Assembly (NCBI GenBank): GCA_046290465.1
Contig: JBKAGP010000001.1
Coordinates: 224,001-288,000, forward strand
Length of the DNA: 64,000 bases
Reading direction: 5' to 3'
Origin: Planctomycetota bacterium
GTDB taxonomy: Bacteria; Planctomycetota; UBA1135; UBA2386
Shown here: in pieces, positions 20,607 to 30,340 of the stretch
Numbering within the stretch: position 1 is the stretch's first letter
How the letters are laid out: each line of letters begins with the position of its first letter
Notes under the pieces: generated by a model
Told to the model about the DNA's origin: nothing
The model's database searches: none
The model's input: only the letters and a program-made list of their open reading frames with translations
Position numbers and translations under genes: made by a program

Positions 20607-21901
20607 TGCGCCGCTGCTACGCGGTTGGATGGCAACCGCACCATCAAAAGGCACAGCAGGCCCAGCAGCAACTGCGAGCTCTGCGCGAGCATCGCCGGCT
20701 TGCTGCCGAACTCGTCGTGCACCAGGCCGTAGACGACGCCGCCGATCACCGACAGCTTGACCGTGATGCCGTAGAGGCCGAAGTACTGGCCGATCTTGTC
20801 GGGTGGCGCCAGCAGCACCACGACCTTGCGCCCGGCGGTCCAGATCCCGGTCAGCCCGAAAGCGCCGAGCGCGACCAGCGTGCACAGGTAGCCGATCGGG
20901 CTGACGCCGCCGAACCAGGCGCCGCCGGCGAGCGCGAACAGCAGGCCAACGGCGCTGACGCGCAGGACGGCGAGCGGCGCGCGGTCGGTCCAGCGGCCGA
21001 TGCTGATGCCGACGAGCATCGCGATGACGTTGAGGCAGAGGCCGGCGATCTGCATGAACTCGTCGATGCCCGCCTCGCCCTGGAAGGTCGCGCCGAACAG
21101 GTCGACCCCGGTTTCGGCCTTGGCGGCGAACACGTCCTTGGTGAAGTCGGCGAAGTAGAGCACCGCGGTGTTGAGCACGTCGACGAGGAAGAAGTTGCCG
21201 ATCAGGAACCACATCAGCGCCGGATGCCGGGGCAGCGTGCGCACGGTCTCGAGCAGCCGGCCGTTGGCCTCGCGCAGGATCGGGCCGAGCGGGCCGCCGA
21301 CGCGCGGCGCGGCGCGCCGTTCGCGCACGAACAGCAGGCACGGCAGCGCCAGCACGGCGAACAGCGCGGCGGCGATCAGGAAGAACGAGCGCTCGCCGGC
21401 GGGAAGCGTCAGCAAAGACACCAGCACCAGGATCGTGCCGAGGTAGCCGACGCCGACGCCGAGGCCGCTGACCCGTCCGGCGCGTTCGGGCGGCGCGACC
21501 GAGGTCAGCAGCGCGTTGTAGAACAGCAGCGCGAGGTTGTAGCAGAGGTTGGCGGCGAAGAAGCAGAGCAGCAGCCAGCCGCCGCCCCAGTCGAGGCTCC
21601 AGCCGGCGAGCGCCGTGATGCACAGGCCGGTGGTGACGATCAGGTAGCGGCTGGTGCGGCCGGTGGTGTCGACCAGCGCGCCGAAGAACGGCACCAGCAG
21701 GCCGGCGGCGACCATCGACAGGAAGTTGGTGATGCCGTGGCCGCTGAGGCCGCCGAGCACCTCCTTGGCGTACGGCGTGAACACGAACGTCACCGTCGCG
21801 ATGTAGACGGTGTTGGCCAGGTCGTACAGCACCCACGACCCGACGCGCAGCGGCGACGTCTGCACGGCGTCGTCCGCGTCGGTCTTGTCGGTGTCGGCCA
21901 T
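20603..21901 (-). CDS. MFS transporter (UMF1/Atg22-like)
   Basis: SWVLYDLANT, FYNALL, GQYFGLYG; about 12 hydrophobic segments. Confidence 0.85.
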   Translation of the reverse strand: MADTDKTDADDAVQTSPLRVGSWVLYDLANTVYIATVTFVFTPYAKEVLGGLSGHGITNFLSMVAAGLLVPFFGALVDTTGRTSRYLIVTTGLCITALAGWSLDWGGGWLLLCFFAANLCYNLALLFYNALLTSVAPPERAGRVSGLGVGVGYLGTILVLVSLLTLPAGERSFFLIAAALFAVLALPCLLFVRERRAAPRVGGPLGPILREANGRLLETVRTLPRHPALMWFLIGNFFLVDVLNTAVLYFADFTKDVFAAKAETGVDLFGATFQGEAGIDEFMQIAGLCLNVIAMLVGISIGRWTDRAPLAVLRVSAVGLLFALAGGAWFGGVSPIGYLCTLVALGAFGLTGIWTAGRKVVVLLAPPDKIGQYFGLYGITVKLSVIGGVVYGLVHDEFGSKPAMLAQSSQLLLGLLCLLMVRLPSNRVAAAQ

Positions 21902-22001
21902 CCGCGCAGTGTGCCGACTCCGCGCCGCGTAACCAGCCGCAGGTCGTGTCGGTGCGCGGAAAACCCGTGCGTGCGAACCGCACGGCGGCGAGGATCCCGG
22001 C

Positions 22002-22652
22002 ATGAACGTATCGGATGTGATGTGCAAGGAGCCGCGCGCGGTCCGCATGGTCGACACGCTCGACGCCGCGGCGCAGGTGCTCTGGGATCGGGATTGTGGC
22101 TTCGTGCCGGTGACCGACGGCGCCGACGTGCTGGTCGGAGTGTTGACCGATCGCGACCTCTGCATGGCCAGCTACACCCAGGGCAAGCCGCTCGCCGAGG
22201 TGCCGGTGCTGGTCGCGATGGCGCGCGAACTGACCACGTGCGGTCCCGACGACGAGCTCAAGGACGCGATGAAGGTGATGGCGACGGCGCGCGTGCACCG
22301 GCTGCCGGTGATCGACGAGCGCGGTGTGCTGTGCGGGGTGCTGTCGAGCAACGACCTGGTGCACGCCAGCATGGCGCGGCCGGCGGCGTTGGCGCAGAAG
22401 GCGGTGATGGAGACGCTGGCGGCGATCAAGGAGCCACGCGATGGCGTGCGTTCGTTCGGCGCGACGTCGACGCGCAAGGCGCGCGCCGCGAAGGCGACGG
22501 CCAGCAAGGGGGCGAGCAGCAAGCGGACGACCCGCAAGGCATCGACGGGCAAGGCATCGACTGGCAAGTCGTCGACCGGCAGGGCGTCGAGCAAGGCGCG
22601 CACCAGCAAGGCGCGGCCGGCGAAGGCCCGCTCCAGCAAGGGCAAGGCGTAG
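22002..22652 (+). CDS. CBS-pair protein with Lys/Ala/Ser-rich basic tail
   Basis: DCGFVPV, LVGVLTDRDL, VHRLPVID..GVLSSNDL; KASTG-repeat tail. Confidence 0.9.
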   Translation: MNVSDVMCKEPRAVRMVDTLDAAAQVLWDRDCGFVPVTDGADVLVGVLTDRDLCMASYTQGKPLAEVPVLVAMARELTTCGPDDELKDAMKVMATARVHRLPVIDERGVLCGVLSSNDLVHASMARPAALAQKAVMETLAAIKEPRDGVRSFGATSTRKARAAKATASKGASSKRTTRKASTGKASTGKSSTGRASSKARTSKARPAKARSSKGKA

Positions 22653-22671
22653 GCTCCGAGGCGTCGCCCGC

Positions 22672-23796
22672 ATGGCCGTGTCGTTCACCGTGAGCTCCGA
22701 GACGGCGTCGAACGGACGCCACCGGGTGGCGATCGCGGGTGCGGTGACGCTGGTCGAAGGACGCCGGCTGTGGCGCGAGGTGCCCGACGCGTTCGGGCCG
22801 GCGCAGCTCGCCGACCTCGACCTGTCGGCGGTCGTGCGGCTCGACGGCGGCTCGGCCGCGCTGCTGGCGGCGATGGTCACCCAGCTGCGCGCCGAGGGCC
22901 GCGAGGTCGAGGTCGTCGGCGCCAGCGGTGAGACCTCGCAAATGCTGAAGCTCTACGACTGTACCCGCAGCGTGCCGTGCGAGCGCGAGACGCCCAAGCA
23001 CCCGGGCGTGATCACCGAGACCGGCAACGTCGTGGTGGCGGTGCTCGAGGGGGCCCGCGCGATCCTCGAGTTCGTCGGCGACTTCGTGGTCGGCATCGTG
23101 AACGCGCTGCGCCGACCGGCGAGCGTGCACTTCGGGCAGTTCTGGAACCTGATCGAACGCGCCGGCGCCGACGGCGTGCCGATCGTGCTGCTGATCAACT
23201 TCCTGGTCGGCGGCATCCTCGGCCTGCAGGGCGCGATCCAGCTGCACCGGTTCGGCGCCGACCAGTTCCTGGCCGACATGGTGGGCCTCGCGATGGTGCG
23301 CGAACTCGGGCCGCTGATGACCGCGATCCTGGTGACCGGCCGCAGCGGTGCCGCCTACGCCGCCGAGCTCGGCACGATGAAGGTCAACGAGGAGATCGAC
23401 GCGCTGCGCACGCTCGGCCAGGATCCGCAGCGGTTCCTGGTGTTCCCGCGCGTCTTGACGCTGGTGCTGGTGGTGCCGCTGCTGACGCTGCTCGGCAACC
23501 TGGTCGGCGCGGTCGGTGGCTGGGCGATCGCGGTCGGCTACCTCGACCAGCCGACGGTCGTGTACCTGCAGGCGCTGCAGGCGGCGGTCGACCTCGGCGA
23601 CCTCGGCACCGGCCTGCTCAAGTCGCTCGGCTTCGCCGGCGCGATCGGCCTGGTCGCCTGCCAGCGTGGCCTCGCGACCACCGGCGGCGCCGACGGGGTC
23701 GGCCGCGCGACCACCTCGGCGGTGGTGACGTCGCTGTTCCTGCTGGTCGTGCTCGACGCGCTGTTCACGTGGGCCTTCACCCTGTTGGATTGGTGA
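22672..23796 (+). CDS. mlaE: MlaE-family ABC permease with N-terminal STAS domain
   Basis: LDLSAVVRLDGGS (STAS), RELGPLMTAIL..GRSGAAYAAELGTMKVNEEIDAL. Confidence 0.9.
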   Translation: MAVSFTVSSETASNGRHRVAIAGAVTLVEGRRLWREVPDAFGPAQLADLDLSAVVRLDGGSAALLAAMVTQLRAEGREVEVVGASGETSQMLKLYDCTRSVPCERETPKHPGVITETGNVVVAVLEGARAILEFVGDFVVGIVNALRRPASVHFGQFWNLIERAGADGVPIVLLINFLVGGILGLQGAIQLHRFGADQFLADMVGLAMVRELGPLMTAILVTGRSGAAYAAELGTMKVNEEIDALRTLGQDPQRFLVFPRVLTLVLVVPLLTLLGNLVGAVGGWAIAVGYLDQPTVVYLQALQAAVDLGDLGTGLLKSLGFAGAIGLVACQRGLATTGGADGVGRATTSAVVTSLFLLVVLDALFTWAFTLLDW

Positions 23797-23797
23797 C

Positions 23798-24541
23798 ATG
23801 CGGAAGGTGCTCGAGGTGCGCGACCTGGCGATCGGACACGGCGGCGAGGTGCTGCTGGACGAGCTCGCGTTCGACGTGCTGCGCGGCCAGGTGTTCGCGA
23901 TCCTCGGCGCCTCGGGCTGCGGCAAGTCGACGCTGCTGCGCACGTTGATCGGCCTGCAGGCGCCGCTCGGTGGGCGCGTGCACTTCACCGGGGTCGGCAC
24001 GCCGCAGGACGCGATGATGCCGCCGCGGTTCGGGGTCGTGTTCCAGTCGGCGGCGCTGTTCGGCTCGTCGACGCTGCTGCAGAACGTGCTGCTGCCGCTG
24101 CAGAAGTGGACCGGCCTCAGCAAGGACGCCGCCCACGTGGTCGCGATGGGGCGGCTGCGCCTGGTCGGCCTCGAACGCTACGCCAACCACCTGCCGTCCG
24201 AGGTCTCCGGCGGCATGCGCAAGCGCGCCGGCATCGCGCGCGCGCTGGCGCTCGATCCGCCGCTGCTGTTCCTCGACGAACCGTCGGCCGGCCTCGATCC
24301 GATCACCGCCGCCGAACTCGACGAACTGATCGTGACGCTGGCCCGCGGCCTGCAGGTTACGATCGTGCTGGTGACGCACGAACTGCCCTCCATCCGTCGC
24401 GTCGCCGACCAGTGCATCATGCTGGACCGCGAAGCGGGCGGCATCATCGCGCGGGGCAGTCCGCGCGCCTTGTCCGAGCGGCCCAACGACGCGCGCGTGC
24501 GCGCGTTCTTCGGTCGCCAACCGCTGCAGGAGCATCTGTGA
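23798..24541 (+). CDS. mlaF: MlaF-family ABC ATPase
   Basis: GASGCGKST, VSGGMRKRAGIARA, FLDEPSAGLDP. Confidence 0.9.
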   Translation: MRKVLEVRDLAIGHGGEVLLDELAFDVLRGQVFAILGASGCGKSTLLRTLIGLQAPLGGRVHFTGVGTPQDAMMPPRFGVVFQSAALFGSSTLLQNVLLPLQKWTGLSKDAAHVVAMGRLRLVGLERYANHLPSEVSGGMRKRAGIARALALDPPLLFLDEPSAGLDPITAAELDELIVTLARGLQVTIVLVTHELPSIRRVADQCIMLDREAGGIIARGSPRALSERPNDARVRAFFGRQPLQEHL

Positions 24542-25548
24542 CCGCGCCAGCCTCTCGTTGGAAACTCGGCCTGTTCGTCGTCGCCGGTTCGGCGATCGGC
24601 CTGCTCGGCGTCGCCTTCCTCGGCGCGCGCGAGCTGCAGCGCTCGACGCACACCGCCTACGCCTACTTCGACGAGGCCCTGACCGGGCTCGAGGAGGGCT
24701 CGTCGGTCAAGTTCCGCGGCGTCACCGTCGGCCGCGTCGAGCGCATCAAGTTCGCGTCCGACAAGAAGCACCTCGAGGTGCAGGCGTCGCTCTACGACGA
24801 CTACCTGAGCGACCTCGGCCTCGATGCGTCGAAGCTCGACGCCGACAACCCGCTGACGCGCAACCTGCGGGCGCAGGTGGTGATGTCGTGGGTGACCAGC
24901 ACCGCGTTCATCCAGGTCGACTACTTTCCCGATCCGCCGCGCGGCCCCCAGCTGCTGCCGTTCGACGTGCCGTCGGATGGGGTCACGCTGCGCACCGTGC
25001 CGAGCACCGCCAAGAGCCTCGAGTCGTCGACGCGCGAGGTGCTGCGCGAACTGCCGCGGGTGGCGTCGACGGTGCGCGAGCTGGTCGACCTGCTGCGCAC
25101 CGAGCTGAGTGCGGCCCGGCTGCCGGAGGTGTCGCGCAAGCTGCAGTCGCTGCTGAGCAAGGTCGAGAAGCAGGTCGACGCGCTCGATGCCGAGGGCGCG
25201 GTGGCGGCGGCGACCGGGGCGCTGCAGGAGGTCGGTGCGACCGCGGCGGCGTTCCGCGAGGAGCGCGAGGGCCTGCGGGCGACGATGGCGGCGTGGACGG
25301 AACTGGGCCGTTCGCTGCAGCGGGAGGTCGAGGCGATGGCGCTCGACGAGACCAGCGCCGGCGTGCGCGGGGCCGCGGTGCACCTCGGTGGCCTGGCCGA
25401 ACTGCGCGCCGACGTGCGCGCCGAACTGCACAACCTGCGCCGCGCGCTGGCCGCCGTCGAGCGGCTGGCGGCGATGCTCGAACGCGACCCCGGCTCGCTG
25501 CTGCGCGGCCGCGGCGCGTCCAACTCGCCGTGGAAGGAGGACAAGTGA
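24538..25548 (+). CDS. MCE/MlaD-family protein
   Basis: N-terminal TM, GLEEGSSVKFRGVTVGRV, helical tail ending LERDPGSLLRG. Confidence 0.88.
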   Translation: MTAPASRWKLGLFVVAGSAIGLLGVAFLGARELQRSTHTAYAYFDEALTGLEEGSSVKFRGVTVGRVERIKFASDKKHLEVQASLYDDYLSDLGLDASKLDADNPLTRNLRAQVVMSWVTSTAFIQVDYFPDPPRGPQLLPFDVPSDGVTLRTVPSTAKSLESSTREVLRELPRVASTVRELVDLLRTELSAARLPEVSRKLQSLLSKVEKQVDALDAEGAVAAATGALQEVGATAAAFREEREGLRATMAAWTELGRSLQREVEAMALDETSAGVRGAAVHLGGLAELRADVRAELHNLRRALAAVERLAAMLERDPGSLLRGRGASNSPWKEDK

Positions 25549-26078
25549 TGCCGCGATCGAGCCCGTTCCTGGTGGTGCTGCTGGGCGGTGCCGCGACGCT
25601 GTCGAGCTGCCTGTCGTCGGGGCCCCCGGCGCCGCCGGTGCGCTGGTTCGACCCGACCGCCGCGTTCGGCACCGCCGAGCGCGGCTCGCCGGTCGAGCCG
25701 GTGCAGGTCCGCGGCCAGTCGCACCTGGTCCAGGACATCGCCGTGCGGGTGTCGCCGTTCGAGATCGTCTACGACGGCGACCACCGCTGGCTGATGCCGC
25801 CCGAGGAGATCCTGCGGCGCGCATTCGTGCACGACGGCGTGCCGATCACCGGCGCCGGCCGGCTGGTCGAACTGACCGCCTTCGAACTGCAGCGAAGTTC
25901 CGGCGCCGCCGCCGCCCGCGTCGCCTGCCTCGTGCACCCGAGCCGCGAAGGTGCGATCGCGGCGCAGCCGCTCGAGGCCGTCGTCGCCGCCCCCGACGAC
26001 TCGCTGCCGTCGCTGACCCTGGCCATGGGCCAGGCCGTGCAGCAGCTCGTCACCCAGATCCACGAGCTGCCCCAGTAG
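25548..26078 (+). CDS. PqiC-like auxiliary lipoprotein
   Basis: Lipobox LSSC; HRWLMPPEE; last gene of the MCE operon. Confidence 0.7.
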   Translation: MPRSSPFLVVLLGGAATLSSCLSSGPPAPPVRWFDPTAAFGTAERGSPVEPVQVRGQSHLVQDIAVRVSPFEIVYDGDHRWLMPPEEILRRAFVHDGVPITGAGRLVELTAFELQRSSGAAAARVACLVHPSREGAIAAQPLEAVVAAPDDSLPSLTLAMGQAVQQLVTQIHELPQ

Positions 26079-26118
26079 GGCTATGGGTAGGGTTGCGGGA
26101 CGGAGAGTTGCGTACGGA

Positions 26119-26178
26119 CGCGGTTCGTCCGCCAACCTTCGCGGCGGCGCAGCCGCGAAGGCTGGCGGACGAACCGCG
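26119..26178. terminator. Long hairpin between convergent genes (bidirectional terminator or REP-like)
   Basis: 27-bp arms (26119-26145, 26152-26178), one mismatch, GGCGCA loop. Confidence 0.65.
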
Positions 26179-26204
26179 ACTGCACGGCAACCTTCGCGTG
26201 TGGG

Positions 26205-27686
26205 TCAGCGGAGGGTCTGGTCGAGCGGGGCCGGGGCCGCGGTGAGCGGGCCGAGCACCATGGCCTGGCGCCAGACCTTGAGCGCGGTGCGGCGGTCGTC
26301 GGCGGTGGCCTTCTGGTCCTGCAGGGTGGCGAGCACCTGGCGTTGGGCCTCGGCGTGGCCGGCAGAAAGCAGCGCGTACCAGCGGTCGCGGTGCGCGGTC
26401 AGCGCGATCGGCAGTTCGATCAGGCGCGACAGGGAGGTGGGGTTCTCTTCGACGCGATGCAGCGCGCGCGCGATCCGCACTAGCAGTTCGCGGTCGTCGA
26501 TGACGCGGAACAGGTCGCGCAGCATCGGCGCGGCGCGCTTCTCGTCGCTGCGCGCGACCAGCTCGGCGGCGGCGACGCGGGCTTCGGCGGGGGCGTGGCC
26601 GGTGGTCGCGACCTCGACCGCGCGGTCGAGCAGCTTCTGCGACGGCGGCGCCTGGAAGCCGGCGAACAGGGCGCCCAGGCGGCGTAGGTTACGCTCGGCC
26701 AGCAGGTGTTGCTCGAGCGCGCCGCGCATGCTCGCGCCGCCGATCGCCAGCATCGCCTCGACCGCCTGCGTGCACTCGTGGCCGTGGTTGCTGCGCAGCG
26801 CGCGCGCGGCGATCTCCATCGCCGGCAGGTGCCGCGAACGGGCGAGTCCGAGCAGGGCCAGGGCCCGCAGCTCGGCGTCGTCGTCGCCTTCGGCGATCTG
26901 CGCCAGCTCGTCGATCCAGCCGTCGTTCTGGTCGGCGGGGCGGCCGGCGATCCAGGCGACGACCGCCTGCCGTTCGGCGGCGCTGCCGCGGCGCAGCACG
27001 CGCTGCAGGTCGCGCGGCTCGAGCGAACCGTCGAGCGGCAGCACCAGCCGCAGCAGCGCCGCGCGCACGTCGGTGGCGCGGTTGGCGTCCTCGTCCATCA
27101 GCAGCCGCAGCGCGCCGAGTTCGGGGCGGTCGGGCTGGCCGGCCATCGACTGCAGCAGCGCCAGCAGCACGTCGTGCTGGCGCTTCCAGCTGCCGCGACG
27201 GAACAGCGTCAGCGTGCGCGCGACCGACGTGTCGACGCGGTCGACCGGGACCAGGCCGAGCGCGTAGGCGGCGATCACGCCGTCCTCGCTGCCGCGGCTC
27301 TCGACGGTGCGCAGCTGGGCCTCGAGGTGGTGCACGGCGGTCGGCGTCGCCAGCAGGCCGAGCGCGATGGTGGCGCGGCGCCGCGCGGCCGGCGCCGGAT
27401 CGACGGCCAGCTCGAGCAGGCGCGCTTCGTGCACCACGCTGCCGGTCGCGGCGACGATCAGCGCCGCTTCGCCGCGGGTCTCGGCGTCCTTGCTCTGCAG
27501 TTCGGCGGCCGCGTCCTTGGCGACCATGCGTTCGATACCGCTCGCGCCCGGGGTCTGCGCGGAAGCGCACAGTGCAGTTGCGAGCAGCACCAGCGCACAC
27601 CCGCCGAGCCGGTGGACGAACGTCGCCCCACGCGCGCACTGGCGGCGGTCACGGACGTGGGCGATGGCAACGGGGCGCTGGTTCAC
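26205..27686 (-). CDS. Exported HEAT-repeat-like protein (start uncertain)
   Basis: Signal-like LVLLATALCASAQ; repeated RGEAALIVA, RRRATIALG, RALALLGLA helices. Confidence 0.65.
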   Translation of the reverse strand: MNQRPVAIAHVRDRRQCARGATFVHRLGGCALVLLATALCASAQTPGASGIERMVAKDAAAELQSKDAETRGEAALIVAATGSVVHEARLLELAVDPAPAARRRATIALGLLATPTAVHHLEAQLRTVESRGSEDGVIAAYALGLVPVDRVDTSVARTLTLFRRGSWKRQHDVLLALLQSMAGQPDRPELGALRLLMDEDANRATDVRAALLRLVLPLDGSLEPRDLQRVLRRGSAAERQAVVAWIAGRPADQNDGWIDELAQIAEGDDDAELRALALLGLARSRHLPAMEIAARALRSNHGHECTQAVEAMLAIGGASMRGALEQHLLAERNLRRLGALFAGFQAPPSQKLLDRAVEVATTGHAPAEARVAAAELVARSDEKRAAPMLRDLFRVIDDRELLVRIARALHRVEENPTSLSRLIELPIALTAHRDRWYALLSAGHAEAQRQVLATLQDQKATADDRRTALKVWRQAMVLGPLTAAPAPLDQTLR

Positions 27687-27861
27687 AACTCGGGTATCGG
27701 TAGCGTAGTATGCCGGGCCGAATCGCAGGTTGGAACGCGACTCGGCGACCTTTCCCCGATCGGGCCGGGCGGCGCGATCGAAGGACCCTTGGACCCGAGC
27801 AAACCCCGTTCCGTCCCGCCTTCGTCCAGGAACGGAATCCCACCCGCGATCCCAAACTGCG

Positions 27862-29085
27862 ATGCGCACAGCCATTCTCGATGCCTGGTCCGGGGTCGCG
27901 GGCGACATGTGGGTCGGCGCGATGCTCGACGCCGGCGCCCCGCTCGCGCCGCTGGCGGATGCGGTGCGCTCGCTGCAGTTGCCCGGGGTGGCGATCCGCA
28001 GCGAGGTCGTGATGCGCGCGAGCCTGCGCGGGGTGAAGTTCCACGTCGACGTCGGCGGCGCGCCCGAACCCGGGAAGTTCGCGTTGATGGCGCCCCAGAG
28101 CCACGCCGGCGTGCAGCTGCCGCAGCACGCCGACCACGTGCACCGGCGGCTGTCGGACATCCGCCGCATCGTCGACCGCGCGGCGCTGCCCGACGACGTG
28201 CGGGCCCGCTGTGTCGCGGTCTACCGGCACATCGCTGAGGTCGAGGCCGAGGCGCACGGCACCACCGTCGAGGACGTGCACTTCCACGAGGTCGGCGCCG
28301 AGGACACGATCGTCGACGTCGTCTGCGCATGCCTGTGCGTGCACCTGCTCGGCATCGAACGGCTCTACGCCAACGGCATCGCGGTCGGCTCGGGCACGGT
28401 CCGGGCCGCGCACGGCATCCTGCCGGTGCCGGCCCCGGCGACCGCGGCGCTGCTCAAGGGCATCCCGGTGCGCACCGGTGGCCTGCGCGGCGAGCGCACG
28501 ACGCCGACCGGCGCCGCGCTGCTCAGGGAGTTCGGGCACGGCTTCGACCAGCCGGTGCCGCTCGAGGTCGAGGCGATCGGCTACGGCGCCGGCACCCGCG
28601 ACGACCCCGACGTCCCCAACCTGCTGCGCGTGATGGTGGGGGCGAGCCTGGCGGCGAGTTCGCCGACCGAGCTCTGCGAACTGTCGTGCCAGCTCGACAC
28701 GGCGACCGGCGAACAGGTCGGCTGGCTGCTCGATGCGCTGCTGCAGCGCGGCGCGACCGACGCGTTCGCGACGCCGATCACGATGAAGAAGGGCCGGCCG
28801 GGCGTGCTGCTGACGGTCCTGTGCGAGGAGGTCGATGCGCCGTCGTTGACCGACCTGCTGCTCGAGGAGTCGTCGTCGCTGGGCGTGCGCCGCCACCGCG
28901 TGCAGCGCACCGTGCTCGAACGCTGGCAGGAGACCCGCGCGACGCCGCTCGGCGACGTGCAGTTCAAGGTGGCGAGGCTGCCGTCCGGCGAAGTGGTGGC
29001 GCGACCCGAGGACGACGAACTGCGTCGCTTGACGCAGGCGCATGGCCTGGGTCGCGCCGAGGTGCTGCGCCGGCTGTCGACCTGA
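27862..29085 (+). CDS. larC: Nickel-pincer cofactor nickel insertase LarC (unsplit)
   Basis: GVAGDM, VHFHEVGAEDTIVD, HGILPVPAPAT, TPTGAA, MKKGRPG, SSLGVR. Confidence 0.92.
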   Translation: MRTAILDAWSGVAGDMWVGAMLDAGAPLAPLADAVRSLQLPGVAIRSEVVMRASLRGVKFHVDVGGAPEPGKFALMAPQSHAGVQLPQHADHVHRRLSDIRRIVDRAALPDDVRARCVAVYRHIAEVEAEAHGTTVEDVHFHEVGAEDTIVDVVCACLCVHLLGIERLYANGIAVGSGTVRAAHGILPVPAPATAALLKGIPVRTGGLRGERTTPTGAALLREFGHGFDQPVPLEVEAIGYGAGTRDDPDVPNLLRVMVGASLAASSPTELCELSCQLDTATGEQVGWLLDALLQRGATDAFATPITMKKGRPGVLLTVLCEEVDAPSLTDLLLEESSSLGVRRHRVQRTVLERWQETRATPLGDVQFKVARLPSGEVVARPEDDELRRLTQAHGLGRAEVLRRLST

Positions 29086-29230
29086 CGCGTCCGAGACCGA
29101 CGCGTCCGAGACCGACGCGTCCGGGAACGGCCGGAAGAAGCCGGAATCGGCGGGACCGATCGGGCCGTCGCTCGTAGCAGCCGCGCCGCCCGGCCCGCAG
29201 GCGGTATCCTGCCCGCCACCCGTTCCCCTC

Positions 29231-30292
29231 ATGCACACCCGCCTTCCGACCCTCCTCGCCGGGCTGCTGCTCACGGCAGCACCCGCTCTCGCCCAGAACG
29301 GCTCGGCCGTCTACCGCTTCACGTTCCAGAGCACGTGGAGCGCGCAGACCCATCCGACCAGCTTCCCGTCCAACCCGCACTATTCGCCGCTGGTCGGCTG
29401 CACCCACGACGCCAACCTGGTGCTGTGGCAGCCCGGCGGCATCGCGACGCCCGGCATCGAGCAGATGGCCGAGACCGGCGCCACGTCGGTGCTGGTCAAC
29501 GAGCTCAACCAGCACGTGCAGAACGGCGTCGCCGGCCAGGCGCTCAACTACGGCGGCGCGGGCGCGCTCGGCAACTCGCCCGGCACGGTCAGCGTGACGT
29601 TCACGGCGTCGCCCGAGCACCCGCAGCTGTCGCTGGTGACGATGCTGGCGCCGAGCCCGGACTGGTTCGTCGGCGTGCACGGCGTCGACCTGATCCAGAA
29701 CGGCGACTGGGTCGAGTCGCTGGTGCTGCCGGCGACCGTCTACGACGCCGGCACCGACAGCGGCGTCTCCTACAACTCGGGCAACGCCGACGTCACCCCG
29801 CACCAGCCGATCGCGATGGTCAGCACGGCGGTCGGTCCGTTCGTGGGCGCGTCCACGCAGGTCGGCACGATCATGATCGAACGCCTGCACAGCACGCTGG
29901 TCTACGGCTGCGGCAACCCGACCGGCAGCATGGCGATCGCCGGCTCGCCGCAGCTCGGCCAGTGGCTGCAGTTCTCGCTCAGCGATCCGACCGGCCAGCT
30001 GCCGACGCCGGCGGTCTCCGGCCTCGCGATCTCGACGGCGCCCGACCCGGCGTTCCCGTGCGGCACGTCGCTGCCGGGCTTCGGCCTCGGCAACGGCCAG
30101 AGCGGCGAAGTGCTGCTGGCGACCGTCGACGGCCTGACGACCGGCCCGACGTTCACCGGTGGCTCGGCGACAATGTTCGTGCAGATCCCCAACCAGCCCG
30201 CGTTCGTCGGCCAGCAGTTCTACTTCCAGGGGCTGCTCGCGAGCGCGCGGGTCGGGTTGGCGCAGGCGGTGTCGCTGCGCATCGGCAACTGA
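29231..30292 (+). CDS. Secreted spondin_N domain protein with C-terminal beta-rich domain
   Basis: Signal peptide; HYSPLVG, TMLAPSPDWFVG, YDAGTDSG. Confidence 0.88.
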   Translation: MHTRLPTLLAGLLLTAAPALAQNGSAVYRFTFQSTWSAQTHPTSFPSNPHYSPLVGCTHDANLVLWQPGGIATPGIEQMAETGATSVLVNELNQHVQNGVAGQALNYGGAGALGNSPGTVSVTFTASPEHPQLSLVTMLAPSPDWFVGVHGVDLIQNGDWVESLVLPATVYDAGTDSGVSYNSGNADVTPHQPIAMVSTAVGPFVGASTQVGTIMIERLHSTLVYGCGNPTGSMAIAGSPQLGQWLQFSLSDPTGQLPTPAVSGLAISTAPDPAFPCGTSLPGFGLGNGQSGEVLLATVDGLTTGPTFTGGSATMFVQIPNQPAFVGQQFYFQGLLASARVGLAQAVSLRIGN

Positions 30293-30340
30293 CGCGGCTG
30301 AGGGTTGCCTGGCAGGCGCCGCGCATCTCCAATGCGGCGC

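Noticed and set aside
22672..26078. STAS-MlaE/MlaF/MCE/PqiC operon as a novel system
   Set aside because: This four-gene architecture is a known MCE transporter type.
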